From Hamiltosporidium tvaerminnensis FI-OER-3-3 (taxonomy: Eukaryota > Fungi > Microsporidia), in contig CM061254.1 of assembly GCA_022605425.2 (NCBI GenBank), positions 62,001-126,000 of the forward strand: 64,000 nucleotides of DNA. Reading direction: 5' to 3'. The notes below the pieces were generated by a model. It saw only the letters and a list, made by a program, of their open reading frames with translations. It was not told the origin of the DNA and did not search any database. A program made the position numbers and the translations under genes. Within the stretch, counting starts at the first letter, position 1. Each line of letters begins with the position of its first letter. Positions 47,606 to 60,352 of this stretch are shown piece after piece.

Positions 47606-49252
47606 ATGAGGGGAACATTGTTCATAATAGGTTTACTATCTTTGATGATATCTTATACAAATTGTATTTCGAATATTAATGTAAGTTGGATTACGATGCA
47701 TCTGATGGGCAGAATTGTTTACGGAGCGATGAAGAAAGGAAGTGAACTAAGGAAGGAATGGGAAGAAGATTTAAATGATTCTCTGAAAAAAGCTTGTATT
47801 CTAGATTGTATGAGTAATCCCGTAAACCCATTCATGCAACCGAAAACTAAAAATTTTCGTTTTATTACTACGAATTCTATGCAAGATTTTTTTGATTTTT
47901 ATTTTATTTTCGAACCCGGATTTAGACTTGTTAAAGAATCCATCTTCGATACAATTGATTTTCTCAATGCAGATAAGTTTATTGAAGATGTCAATAAACA
48001 AACCAAAGAGAGTTTATTAAAGGAAAAGATAAAAAGAGACGAATTTGTCGATAAAGTAATTTCTAAGTTTAGCTCGCTAGTAATTGAAAAGTGTAAATGT
48101 TTATTAGAAAATAAATTTTCTAAAGCTAAACAATGTGACGACAACAATTCTATGATTTTAGATGAAACTTACGAGGTTCTGGCTCAAGAAATGAACAAGT
48201 TATGTGATAAATTTAAAGATAAAAATAAGAAGGAATTAGCTAAAGCAGTTGAAGATAATACAAAAGAGGCAATTGTTCTAAATATACTTGAAGTTATAAA
48301 ATCTAAGTTTTTTTTATTAGATTGTGGGGAAATTTTTATTTCTAAATTCTATCAGCTTTTATATATAAAATTTAAGAAAGACTTATACTTTAAATTTTTT
48401 GGAAAAACAAAGGATGAATGCATAGCAGAAGAGAAAGAAAAAAACAATGTTTATAAAAGATTACAATATATGAGACAAAAATTGGAATATAATGATAATC
48501 TTGATAATATTTTTGAACCATTTTTGAAGGAATATACATCTTCACAGTATATGAAATTATTTTTCGTATTTTGCTCGAGTACAGCAGAATTTCGTACTTG
48601 TTTAGAAAAAGGAAAGTCAAACCATACTTTCTTTTTCTCTACGATTCTTTCGGATGAATTAAAAATGTTTCAACCAGCATTTTTGTTTTCAGAAAGTATA
48701 TTATATTTCGCAGAAGGGTTTTCCGAAAAAATTCAAAGTGATTTTATAGATTATGCGGGCCTTAATAAAAGTCGAGTAGTTCATATTTCTTTTATCGATT
48801 TGAAGCCCTTTTTGCCCGAGTTTTTATTGAATTATTCTGAACAGTTAATAATTTCTGAGAATAAACATAATTTATGTGAAATCATTAGAAAAGAATACGA
48901 ATCTATTTCGGATAATACAAAGGAAATAATCAAAAAAACATCATCTAACGGAAATATTTGGGTAGGTTTTTTGCACGATATATTCAAGGTTTATTATGTG
49001 AAATCAAAGCTTTTCAAAAGTGAATTGATCATTTACGCCTTTGATATTTCGTTAGATTCTTTCCAAGAAATATATTCCAAATTTTTGGATGAACTGAAAG
49101 AAGAAACTGAAATATTCTTAATTGATCAAGAAGAAATGGAGAAATGTCGTGACTTCTTTTTGAAATGCATTTTATTTAAAATAAAAAGCATAACCGATAT
49201 TTTTAACCATGAAAACCTATTAAGCATTGAGGTTACAACTATTAAAGAGTAG
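47606..49252 (+). CDS. Secreted-type hypothetical protein (548 aa)
   Basis: Long ORF with signal-peptide-like MRGTLFIIGLLSLMISYTNC. No recognised domain. Confidence 0.8.
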   Translation: MRGTLFIIGLLSLMISYTNCISNINVSWITMHLMGRIVYGAMKKGSELRKEWEEDLNDSLKKACILDCMSNPVNPFMQPKTKNFRFITTNSMQDFFDFYFIFEPGFRLVKESIFDTIDFLNADKFIEDVNKQTKESLLKEKIKRDEFVDKVISKFSSLVIEKCKCLLENKFSKAKQCDDNNSMILDETYEVLAQEMNKLCDKFKDKNKKELAKAVEDNTKEAIVLNILEVIKSKFFLLDCGEIFISKFYQLLYIKFKKDLYFKFFGKTKDECIAEEKEKNNVYKRLQYMRQKLEYNDNLDNIFEPFLKEYTSSQYMKLFFVFCSSTAEFRTCLEKGKSNHTFFFSTILSDELKMFQPAFLFSESILYFAEGFSEKIQSDFIDYAGLNKSRVVHISFIDLKPFLPEFLLNYSEQLIISENKHNLCEIIRKEYESISDNTKEIIKKTSSNGNIWVGFLHDIFKVYYVKSKLFKSELIIYAFDISLDSFQEIYSKFLDELKEETEIFLIDQEEMEKCRDFFLKCILFKIKSITDIFNHENLLSIEVTTIKE

Positions 49253-49431
49253 TTGGTTTCTAAATTTCATTAAAATATTAGTTATAAACAATTTTGTTTA
49301 CCATTTTCACAGTATAAAAAATATTTATTTAGATGAATTGGTCTTTATGACCATTCTCTTATAAGTTAGTCAAATATCATTCGAATCAAAATAGACAGAA
49401 CAAATATAAAAAATTAATCCTTTTTCTAACT

Positions 49432-50125
49432 TTGATGCGGAGGAAGGATTACCACATAAAAATCTTTCTGCTTGGCAATAAGTGTCTGAAACTGGTGTAA
49501 AGATAATTGTTTGATTTTTGGTGGGAATAAAACTACACTAAATCTTCGGTTGTTCCATGGGAGTTGTTATGAGAAGGAACGGTCTAAGAAATGAGAAAAT
49601 TTTTCTACAAATTTATTTGTAGTTTTTTATGTAACCAGATTACAGACCGCATCTGAACATGTAGGTAATTGCCATGTAAAAGCATGGAAACTTAGCCTTG
49701 CTCACTCGGGTTAGAAGACTTAGCGCCTGGGAGATATAAAAATAAAACTCATTAAAAGCCGGGAGAGCTAAGTAGCAGGTTATACCTGTTGGTATGACAT
49801 TGCACTGTCTAGGTGGACCCCATGTAAGTCTCTGAAATAGATCTTAGCTAGAAGTTTATTGGGTTCAGAAAGTGTAGAGTAAGTGGGAATGCTGCATAGT
49901 CTTGGGGGAGCCCAGGGGGGGCTTCGGCCTTCGATCACACTTCATGCAACGGACATTAACGAACTCCGGGCAACTTCCTCGCCTATTAATTAGGTTCTAC
50001 ACACCTGGTAGATGAAAGGCTTTGGGACGTAGGTATCGCAGGGGTTACCGATGGAGTGTTGGGTAGCAGTCATTTATGTTAAACCTAGAACTGCGTTAAT
50101 GTCATGAAAACAAATATAACACTTG
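49432..50125 (+). repeat. ~690-bp non-coding dispersed element, best-preserved full copy
   Basis: Matches 1-485 (inverted) and 16565-17240. GC-richer than its flanks. No ORF in the track. Confidence 0.85.
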
Positions 50126-51449
50126 CCACTATTGTAAAAAAGATGTGATACTTTTAAATAAATAATTATTTTCACTTGACCCCTATTATATTTAGAAACG
50201 AAATACCTCATATTTTTAATTCGGGATGCTTAAACATGAATGAATGGAAAATAAAGGGGGCTATAAATATATTGAAAATTATACGTGGGGGTAGGGGGAG
50301 GTAGTAGAAATAACGGGGGCACAAAGTACATGGGGGGTGGCATTATAGACCGCGACATTAAATAAAGTGAATATAATTTTACATGATTTTATTAAATTAA
50401 AATCAAATTGACAAAAAAGAGGTTAAAATAAAAAAATTTTGACCCCTAAAATATTTTCATTTTCCTCCTGGCTTTCATCGAAAGTCTAACCTAAATTTAT
50501 GTTTTCAAACCATAATACAGTACATTTACCTTTTTAAAAACTGTTTTGCCACAATGCAACAGACTCTTTGAATATTTTAAAGTAAATATAAATCATCTAC
50601 TACACAGGTTGGACCTTTCTTGTTTGACGAATTTTATTTTGCTTCTTTTTATGCTTAATTTGTGCCGTAGTTTATATGAGCTATCTTTTCTAAGTTAGAG
50701 GTGAACGTTGAATTAGTAGTTTTTTTCGACTTTCCGGTTCAATGATTTTCGCGTTTGCACTTTCTACACATTATAACTCCTATGTACTTATAAGTAATAA
50801 TATTATTCGTTTTTATAGCTCCGAGCTGCCTTAAAAACAACCAGAATGGTCTTTTCAGCTCTCATCGGCACTTAGTCATAAAAAAAAACGTTTTATCGAG
50901 CGAAAGAAATTACCCACTTTATTTTTTGGTATTTTGGACAATTTTTAGTTTTCACTACAATCGTACCGAGGTCCTATATATAGGATTGTCTCTCACTTAA
51001 ATGAAAAAATTTCCTGATGCATTAGCTAAAAAGTGCAGGTTCTAATCTCTTGGTTTCTAGTCTTAAAATATTCATGTGAAGTATCTTGGGTTCTAGTTAG
51101 TGTAATAATTGCATAGTGGAGCAAAGAAAACAACGTTTCAGACCATCTGGATGGCATTGAGTGCGTGGAAGTGGAGTGAAAATCATTGTTGCTATTTTGA
51201 AGAGATATAAACCACATTAGATCTATAGACCAAGCTTCTAAATTTCAAGATACAACAGATTAAAAAAAGCGATTTGAAGATTTAATTAGTTATCTTAGCT
51301 ACCGAGAGGTAAAGGAGGAATAGAATAAATAAATAATAGTTGATAATTTCTACCTAAAAAAATATTGCATATATTTTCTCAAAATGCAATTTTTATTTCA
51401 GATTTAGTTTCGAAGATTATTTTAAAATACTTTTTTTTACAAAGTTTAG

Positions 51450-54050
51450 CGAATTGGTTGAATAAAATTTGTACAGAGGTCTGATATAGTATTCGTATAG
51501 AAACACAATGTAGACAAAAAGCCGATTTTTAGGGCGGTTAATATATTCGTAAATCAACTTTGGCTCTTTTTGTCGCAAATATTTGCTAATTTGAATCGAA
51601 TCCACAATCCTAAATTTTCTGTCTATACCATTAAAAAATTATTTAGTAAAAGTAAACGAAGAATGCTTACATGCGACTTAATTTTAAATTATTTATTCGG
51701 TATAAGAAGTCACCAACATTTATAATTTTCAAATTTAAAAAATAAGATACATTTAAAGGTAATTTTTTGAAATCTAATGTTATAAGTATTTTTTGAAAAA
51801 TTATTTCTACAAATTTCTTATTATAACATTTATCAACCATATTTTACCTTATATAATGCTTTTTACCCATGAATCATATATATTTAGCATTTTTTTTCTT
51901 CTCAATGAATAGCTGCTATATTAAGAGATATTTTTTCTCCTCGAATCCAAGAGTTTCAAAAAAATATTTTCGCTTCACTAATTGACCGTCTGAAACATCT
52001 TTAAAAGCCAATATCTAGGTTATACTAGCTTCTTTTAAATCTTATCATTCTCAAGATATTTTCAGAACATATCCCGCCTAATACCATCAAACTCGAATAA
52101 ATCAATTATGGCGAAGTTGTATTGTTCCAAATGAAATTTCATTTACAATATAGAATGTTCTCAAATTACATTACATATATTTTAATAAGTTAATTAAATA
52201 TGAAAATAGTTTTATAATATTCGATGAATACTTTCTTAGTTCAACACGAGCCATTAATTTGGCTTACCTCGCTATTTTATACTTTTTTGTACTTTTTTCA
52301 ATAACTCTTTCAAAAGCAGAGGTGGCCTCTTTACAACATATGTTCCTTTTTTGGATCCCTTCTGTGTAATTATCGACTTACCATAAACGAGAAAGCTAGT
52401 ATTAATTTTAATGAAGCTGCCGATTATACATTATATGTAACAAGCTTATGATTTTATTTAAAAAAATAATTGGTATTGAGCGACTCCGATCGAGATTTTA
52501 CTCACGATCGTAATTTATAATTGAGATCACAATTTAAAGAATCTATTAATAATACAAAACGTAGAGCTTTTAGAAAATCTCTTTTAGATATTTTTATCAT
52601 GCCATTTTAGGTTTTACCAATATATTTTTTTTTGTTATAATGTCTTTTAACTTGTTCCTTTCCTTACGGAATGAACAGAAAACACAAGTGAATTAAAGCC
52701 TTTTCAGATTACAGGCATTTTACAATCTTTTTTAAAATGAATAGTTAGTTTTCAGCATAAAAAAACCTTCTTTGTTCGAAGGATAAAGAGTTACCGTGAA
52801 GATCTAACCCGGTTCTTCGAAGTAAATTCGATATCCTTACCATTAGATTAAAAGCACATTTTGATATTTTCGCCTAAATGAATTTTGGAGTTTCATATAT
52901 AAAGTCTATGCTTTCGAGGCAGAAGAAAAATAAGCATACTCAGCTAAATATTTTTTTCTGAAATTACCCTCCTTGCCTTATAATTTTTTCAATACTTTTT
53001 ATTTAGAGGTACGCTCAGAAAGACATATTCACTTGCTATTGCCAATGTCTAACTGCTCCCAATACGTTCAATTATGTTCTCTTTTTTCAACTACAAGTTT
53101 AAGAACTTTTGTAAAACGTTGAAAGTAATCCCAGAGATTTGACATACCTTTGGCAAGTCCAATTGTCATAGTCTCTGTGCGGCATATATTTTTGGATCAA
53201 AAATATAAGCCAATAATAAAATTATTAATATGAAGTACAGGTACTAAAAGCACATCTTATAAAGCATAAGGAAGTTATATAAGGGTATGTTGAAAGCAAA
53301 AAACCAATCAGCCTGGCAGATTTTCTGTTAGAAATCTGAGACAAGAAATTCATAATTCAATCGTGTAAATTAAGATTTATTTGATATAAGAAGCTAGTAT
53401 ACCTATTATATTCTATAGTTTCATTATTACGGTGGCATAATTTTAACCAAAATCTTACAGGTTCATTTCGATGATATATACTCGGATTAAAAACAAATTT
53501 ATTAATTGACACCAAACCCTACTTCAAAATGACATGAACGCAAAATTTCTTTCTCAATTACCGGCTACTTTCATGATTGGTAAGTTGTCAGTCTAAAAAT
53601 CTAAATTTCATTGAATTAAATCAAACCACAAAAGAAATCTTTATCGCTTAGATGTATTTAGTCTCTATCATGATTTTTCTATGACTATTTATTTCTCGAA
53701 CAGACAGTTTTCTGGCCCGATGTCTTATCGAAAAGATCCTTAGGAGGGAATGGCTTTAAAAATTTCTTTCTATATCCAATCCAATTTAATTAAGATCGCT
53801 GGCGTGTTTCTTTTGTCATGTTATACCTGTGCTATCTGGATTATTCCTAAACGCGTCATTTACCGCGTAGCCTTCATTAAATTTATAATATTCACCGGTT
53901 TTTCATCTTAAAAAGTATAAGTTTCATTTTCAACACATAAGCATAGCTTTAATCTTAGAACCACCGCGTTATGACTTCACCTTCCGAGTGTTCCAGAATT
54001 TTATTAAGTATTTATCTCTCAAGTCAAAATACAGTGTAGTATCAAGTAAA
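51450..54050 (-). pseudogene. Heavily decayed relative of the RT-REL retrotransposon
   Basis: Colinear peptide remnants on the minus strand: IIQIAQV*HD (~53830), NRKSAR (~53320), MSNL..TKVLKLVVEKR (~53120), NVLGAVRHWQ (~53055), ISLL (~52445), EHML (~52340). Confidence 0.75.
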
Positions 54051-56059
54051 AAATATCGGGATGTGAAATAAAGCGCTATAAATCACTCTGCACACATTTT
54101 TTGTTTTATTTCTCTTTCTGACAATCTTGTGTGATCTTTGCCACATCATCTATATTAACACAGAAATCCAAATTCTGAATATATTTTTATGAAATTATAA
54201 AATTTTATTTCATTCCAAAAAATCTTTTTTGTACCGCTGGATGCAGATCCAAGGCCATTATTTCTAAATTTATTTGGCAGAGTCTATAATAGAGCGCAAT
54301 ATTATCCGTTTGAGGCTTTCTTGAGTGAATATAACTTGAGATATGTCTTAGTATATGTTGATCTACAGAAAGAGAGTTTGGAACAGAAAGAAATTTGATG
54401 ATGTCAATAAAACAAGTTCGACTACTAATACAAATATGTATTATAATAGGATACGGGATTTTTAGATGAGTTGGTGGAAGTCAAGATCTTTGAAATATCG
54501 TATACAGCTTAACACACAATTTTTATCCAAGCCTTCATATTATTATTCAAAGAAGTTTTTTTAATTTTGAGATTATGCTATCAATTTTTTTCTTTCTACT
54601 CATTTTTTTGAGCTTTTTTAAATAAACTTTATAAAATATAAAGAATTCAAAAGATTTTGCAATTGCCAAATTAAATGAAGATTTTCAATCAAACAAATGT
54701 AAATCAATAAACATTTACATTAATAAAAATCGGCCAGAATGCAAGAAAAACATTAGATAGGTTTTATTAAGAAAGTGTATTTAAAACAAAAGAGAATATG
54801 AAGGTCCGAAAAAAAAACAATAGTAGCAAAACTTTTTGAAGCCATAAATATATACAAGCGAGAAAAAGAAATGTGAACATATTTTATACCAATCTACAAG
54901 AAAAGACATAATTATCGAAAACAAATTAAATATAAACTATGATCACAATCTTCGCTTTAACAGATGAATCTCGAAACTACGGCCTTCGACAGCGGCCTAA
55001 TAATTACCAAAGTCTGACTGAGGACGAAAATTTTTTTGATTACTTGTTTCATTAAATAAACTAAAAATTATAAATAGATTTTACAAAGAAAATTACAATT
55101 AAAGATAATTTTTTCTAGGCTTATATTAAAGAATATCTATTCTGGTGTCAAATCTTAACTTATATTTTGATTATTTTATACTAGAAAGACAAATAAAATA
55201 AAAAAAAATGTGTGGCACAATTGATTATTAATTAGATTGATGTAGTTGGGTGTTTCCTCATAATTTCTCGAAATCGTAGATCTATTTACTAAAAAAAACA
55301 ATAAGACTTCAATTGCGTATCTGATATTTAATCTATGCATAATTTTTTGTATTTTATTTTGAGAATATATTTTCACATAGTTAGGTAGTGCCGAAATCGA
55401 ATTAAAACTATCGTTAAATTTATTTGTGTTATTGACTTTGAAGGCAGATACCTCTTATGAAATTACTGTAATTAATTTAAATATTTCTCAAAAAAATTTT
55501 TTAAAATACATTTTCGGTTTTTTGAACATATCCATTGAAGTTCTAACATTTCCGCTCAAGATTTTAATAAAAATAATTAAGCGAATGGTTTTCCGTACGT
55601 TGATATTAGAGATGAGTAGTTCTTGTCTCGAGAATTTTTTAAAAGTAATTATGGCCCGCGAACTTTGCTTTAAAGAGAATTTTATAATTATTTTACCTTT
55701 TAATTGATTTTTACACTACCGAATAGTAGTTTAACCGTTATTTCACTTTGTTTTAGACACATAGAAAAATACAGCAGAGTACTTTTTTAAGAAAAAAAAC
55801 AATCTATTTGATTAAGAAAAAAATATATTTTGCATGATAATTATTGTTTTTAGAATAATATATGAACCAATTCTTCTTCCGGAATTTTATGCCAAAAGCA
55901 ATCATAACATATAACATCTTAGTTTTATAATTATAATTCAAAAGTTGTTCTAAATTCAAATACATTAATATACATGTAAAAAAGCAGTCTGAAAGCTAAT
56001 AAAAGATTTCAAAGAATATATAAACTTAAAATATATTTTAATACATCAAAATAAGAGAT

Positions 56060-58738
56060 TTATTGAACTATAACCGTAATTTCATATATTATCAAGTCTT
56101 CAAATTTTCTCATATTATCAGAAGAAATACTTGGATTTATTAAAACAATATGATTCAGGTGCTTCAACGATGAAGTAATTGAAATTGAAGAAAAATAGAT
56201 CTCGAAAGTGCAGTCTTTGAAATGAAGGTGTGTTAATAAATATTGTTGATTTATGAATTGAAATATTTCGTAAGTGACAACTGTTTTTGTTAGAATCAAT
56301 GTGTTTAGTTTTGTAAAAAACATTAGATTGTTCTCTTTAGGAGAATTTCTAAAAATTGAATTTTCTAACGTAATAGAGAGATATTCAAGATTTTTAATCT
56401 GACTTAACAAATAAAAATCCTCCTTACCAAACTGATTTCCAGAGATATCTAATTTTTCTAATGAAGAATACAGAGAATTGATTAAAATGATACTCATAAA
56501 ACCTTCTTTAAGATTACATCTAGCGAGTATTAACTCCTTAAGAAATTCAAATTGATTCAAGAATACAATATCAGCTGCTAAAAACTTAGTGTCGGATATA
56601 TCAATTGAGATTAAATGTTCTCTGAAAGGATATTCTTCATCTAAACTCACGTCTTCCACCCTAAGTGAGCCAGAGAGTTTTATACTTTCTAAAATTTGAA
56701 ATTTCTTTAAACATTCAATGATAAACGAATTAAGACAGCATTTACTTAGATCCAGTGCTTTCGTGGATACGTGCAAAGAATCTAAAGTTAGCATTTCTAG
56801 TAAATCCTCCCAATTCAAACCCTGCATTGACAAACTTATGACTTTAAAATTGCTAGAATAGAAATTCATAAAAGAACTGTTCAAAACACACTGAGAAATG
56901 TCTAAGAAACGATATTTTTTTTGCAACAATGAAAAGTTTGGCGTACTGCGAATATACAAAAAATTAATATTTTTCAAACTCAAAAATTCCAATCTACTGG
57001 ATTTTACTAAAAACCTTATTACATTATAACCCAAACAAGAATTATCTAGTTTTAACTCACATAATGTATTAATTCCATCAGAAGATTCTAAGTCTTTACT
57101 TTTGGTGTCATTAAACGTAGACCATGAAAGATCCAAAGATTCTATTTTCAAATTTAATAAAGATTTAAAGAACGCAGTTGTCAAAAGAGCATAATTGATT
57201 TTAAGTGATTTCAGGTTTGGAAATAAAAAATCTAGCTGGCCTAAGAATAAACTATAAGCAGGTATTTTGCAATTATAGAACACTAAGAATTCTATTTTGA
57301 CAAATTTTCTTATATAAGATAAAAAATATTTTGATATATTTACTCTTTCTAGTTCTAAAAATTTTATTTCCTCATTATTACGCGAAATGATCGATTCCAA
57401 TATTTGTAATTCACACAGTTGTAATTCACAAGAGGGTAATTCTTGTGCTATATTTTCATATTTACAATCTTTAGCCTTTTCCTGACATTCCGAATAATAT
57501 ATATTATCATGAGATATTTTTATACCCGATATCTTAAATAGCGACATAAGCCAATAGAATATAGTAAGATTATGTTTAGATTCTGTTTCCAAAAGAATAA
57601 TTACTTCGGGTGTAAGCCGTATGTAAATATCAACAATTTCATTTTTTTCGAATAAAAATAAGTTGATTTTACTTTCTCTCTTCAGAAACGATAATTCATT
57701 GGTATTTTTATTAAATTTTACTTCGACTTTATCAAAAAGAACATTTAAAAACGGTAAAAACAAATATTTTTCCATTGATAATATATTTTTTGGTGTTTCA
57801 ATGTGAATATAAATCGAAATATCGTTCATGAAAATAATTAAGCATGTAAGTAGACTTTTATAAAAATTAAGTATCACATCTGTTTCCGCGTAACAATGTA
57901 AATCATAAAATAGATGTAAAAAGGTGATGAAACCGTCGAATTTTAAATTCATACACTTCTTATCATAGCCAAAACGTAAAACGAAAAGAAAAATTTCAAA
58001 TGTTTTAGCATCAACATTTGTTTTTGTCAAATCAGTAATATTATATTTTACATGGTTCAATTCCAAATCAATATATTTATTAAAATATTTATTTTGGATT
58101 AGAAACTTATCCGAATATTCAAATATTATACTTGTATGAGTTCTTTTTATCCATTCTTTATTTTCAAATTCACTTAAATCAGTAGTTTTTTGTTTTTTCT
58201 TAGAGCTTAGATCCAACGGTTGCATTTCTTCATCATAAGAAATTCTTTCATTATAGGTTTCACACTGACCTGATATACCATACAGAGTAGTTTTTATTGC
58301 GTCTGATTCTGGCAAAAACCAATCTTGCTTTCTTTTTTCGCCTGAGATCTCGATATCAATACGATTTGTTCCGAAAGCCTCATTTCGATTATTTTCAGTT
58401 GAAAGAGCGCCATGCACAGCAGTATCATTCTGGCTTCCTCGAAGATTCGTTTCCGGTTTCAATACCGTAGCTAGTTTATGATATACACAGGTGTCACAAG
58501 ATTTATCAATATTTTCAACGGTTGTATTGCACCTGTCACAAAAATGTTCGGCTTCGTTTAAAAAAGAAATTTCGATTTGCAAGCATGTACATTTTCGCAA
58601 CAAAATAGAAGGATATATATATATTAGACATAGTTTTATTATGGTAAAACTATAAATTATCTCTATTTTCATAACTTCTCTATGGGCTATTTTATTTCTA
58701 CGAAATTTACAGAAAATTGCTTCATCAATTCTTGCCAT
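56060..58738 (-). CDS. Leucine-rich-repeat protein, secreted type, with PLDLS motif and possible BTB-like domain
   Basis: C-terminal LRRs (LKSLKIN, IESLDLSWS, LCELKLDNS, LEKLDISGN, LEYLSI). A hydrophobic segment follows Met23 (58672), which is preceded by a CCC motif. Confidence 0.85.
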   Translation of the reverse strand: MARIDEAIFCKFRRNKIAHREVMKIEIIYSFTIIKLCLIYIYPSILLRKCTCLQIEISFLNEAEHFCDRCNTTVENIDKSCDTCVYHKLATVLKPETNLRGSQNDTAVHGALSTENNRNEAFGTNRIDIEISGEKRKQDWFLPESDAIKTTLYGISGQCETYNERISYDEEMQPLDLSSKKKQKTTDLSEFENKEWIKRTHTSIIFEYSDKFLIQNKYFNKYIDLELNHVKYNITDLTKTNVDAKTFEIFLFVLRFGYDKKCMNLKFDGFITFLHLFYDLHCYAETDVILNFYKSLLTCLIIFMNDISIYIHIETPKNILSMEKYLFLPFLNVLFDKVEVKFNKNTNELSFLKRESKINLFLFEKNEIVDIYIRLTPEVIILLETESKHNLTIFYWLMSLFKISGIKISHDNIYYSECQEKAKDCKYENIAQELPSCELQLCELQILESIISRNNEEIKFLELERVNISKYFLSYIRKFVKIEFLVFYNCKIPAYSLFLGQLDFLFPNLKSLKINYALLTTAFFKSLLNLKIESLDLSWSTFNDTKSKDLESSDGINTLCELKLDNSCLGYNVIRFLVKSSRLEFLSLKNINFLYIRSTPNFSLLQKKYRFLDISQCVLNSSFMNFYSSNFKVISLSMQGLNWEDLLEMLTLDSLHVSTKALDLSKCCLNSFIIECLKKFQILESIKLSGSLRVEDVSLDEEYPFREHLISIDISDTKFLAADIVFLNQFEFLKELILARCNLKEGFMSIILINSLYSSLEKLDISGNQFGKEDFYLLSQIKNLEYLSITLENSIFRNSPKENNLMFFTKLNTLILTKTVVTYEIFQFINQQYLLTHLHFKDCTFEIYFSSISITSSLKHLNHIVLINPSISSDNMRKFEDLIIYEITVIVQ

Positions 58739-60352
58739 CAGTTATTTTTTTCTTGTAGATAATATATTAGAATGAGATAAGAAGATTCTTTCAAACGATA
58801 AAAAAGTAAAAATAAATCATTTTCTTAAATTACATTTAATTAATTTATGAATATATAAGTTTTCTTCTGTTTGTTTGACCACTGCAAAGTAGATTTAAAT
58901 TTTTTTAAGAAATGAAGTATTGTATGTATAACCAAATTTGATTGATAATTTTTAACGAATAAATATCAAATTTTTTAAAAAAGAGACTTATGTTATAATG
59001 TTTATAAATTAATGCAGTTCTATGTTTAACATAGATAAAAAGTTTCTTAGAACTTCATCTATGTCTCTTAGATATCTATATCCTAATGAATGCATCTGAA
59101 ACCAGGGTTTAATCATTTAATACAAAGGAGCCGCCGAGAGGTGGATAGTGTCAAATACTGGATTTAAAATTGCACGCCCAAACCACTTTGGGTACCTTTA
59201 CGGCTGTAAGCATTTTTACTTAATCCCGCTTTTGGAAAAAAATGAACTACAGGCTATAATATATCTCAATTACACTCATGAAATCTATATATACAATGCA
59301 GATACTTGCCAAAATGCTAGTTTACAGTTAGGTTTATATAGCTTTAAGTGCTATTTTGTATTTCTAGTGGCAAGTCTTTCAAACGGAATGAACATCGTAA
59401 ACTTCTATGCTTTGCTTTATAAATTGCCTACAAGTATAATCTTTGTTTAATATCTAGTAACACAAAAAGATACAAACCAATTGTATTAAAATATTCAATA
59501 TTTTTAGACTTACTTCTATATTAGACCATGAAATCACCGAAAAATTTGAGTTTCATCTCATACTCAAACCTAAAATATTTTTCCTTAGTTGGCTATCTTT
59601 TTTCGACCAATTAATGAAAAAAAATTAAACAACTCAATTGAATTTAAGATATTCAAAACCAAAGTAGTTTATTTGACTGAAATTATGTTTAGCTATTTTT
59701 TAAAATTATATCTCTTTTCCTTTTCAACAATTATAACGTAAAAATATTTATTATCTAATTAAGCCAATTTTAAATTTTTTACTTAAATAAGTATCAAACA
59801 CAAACAAAACATAGTTAAGACAGTCGTTCCGGCCTAAAACACCATAAAATTCAAAAATTTTATATATTAGTTGCTATTGAAGTAAATTTTAATGATTTTT
59901 TATTGAAGCAAATTAAACCTATACAGATTAGATTAAGTCAATATAAAAAAATTTGCTACTGTTGAAAAAAAAATGAGCCATAATTTACATTTAGAACACA
60001 TGATGGTTTCTGTATACAACATATCAACTCACCAAAGTAATATAATGCTGTTTCAAATTTAAAAATAATTTTATATCTTTTTTTAATCTAAGGTACATTT
60101 CAAAAATATTTTTAAGAATCCAATCAACTTTTTAAACTTAAAAATCAAATTTTAAATCCAAAAATATTATGTTTATCTACATTAAAATTAAAACCTAATT
60201 TTTTTTTATTTTCAATCACATTTTTTTAATTAAAGTTCTGAGATAAAAGTACTGACAAATTATTTTTTCATTAATAAAATATTTTTTTAAATTTGATTTG
60301 AATGTAATTTACGACTTTTAAAGTATAAATAAGTAGAACAAGCCACAAAAAT

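Noticed and set aside
54960-55030. Hammerhead-ribozyme-like cagatga..gaaa / ctga..gacgaaa
   Set aside because: The core deviates from CUGANGA and I could not find the required stems.
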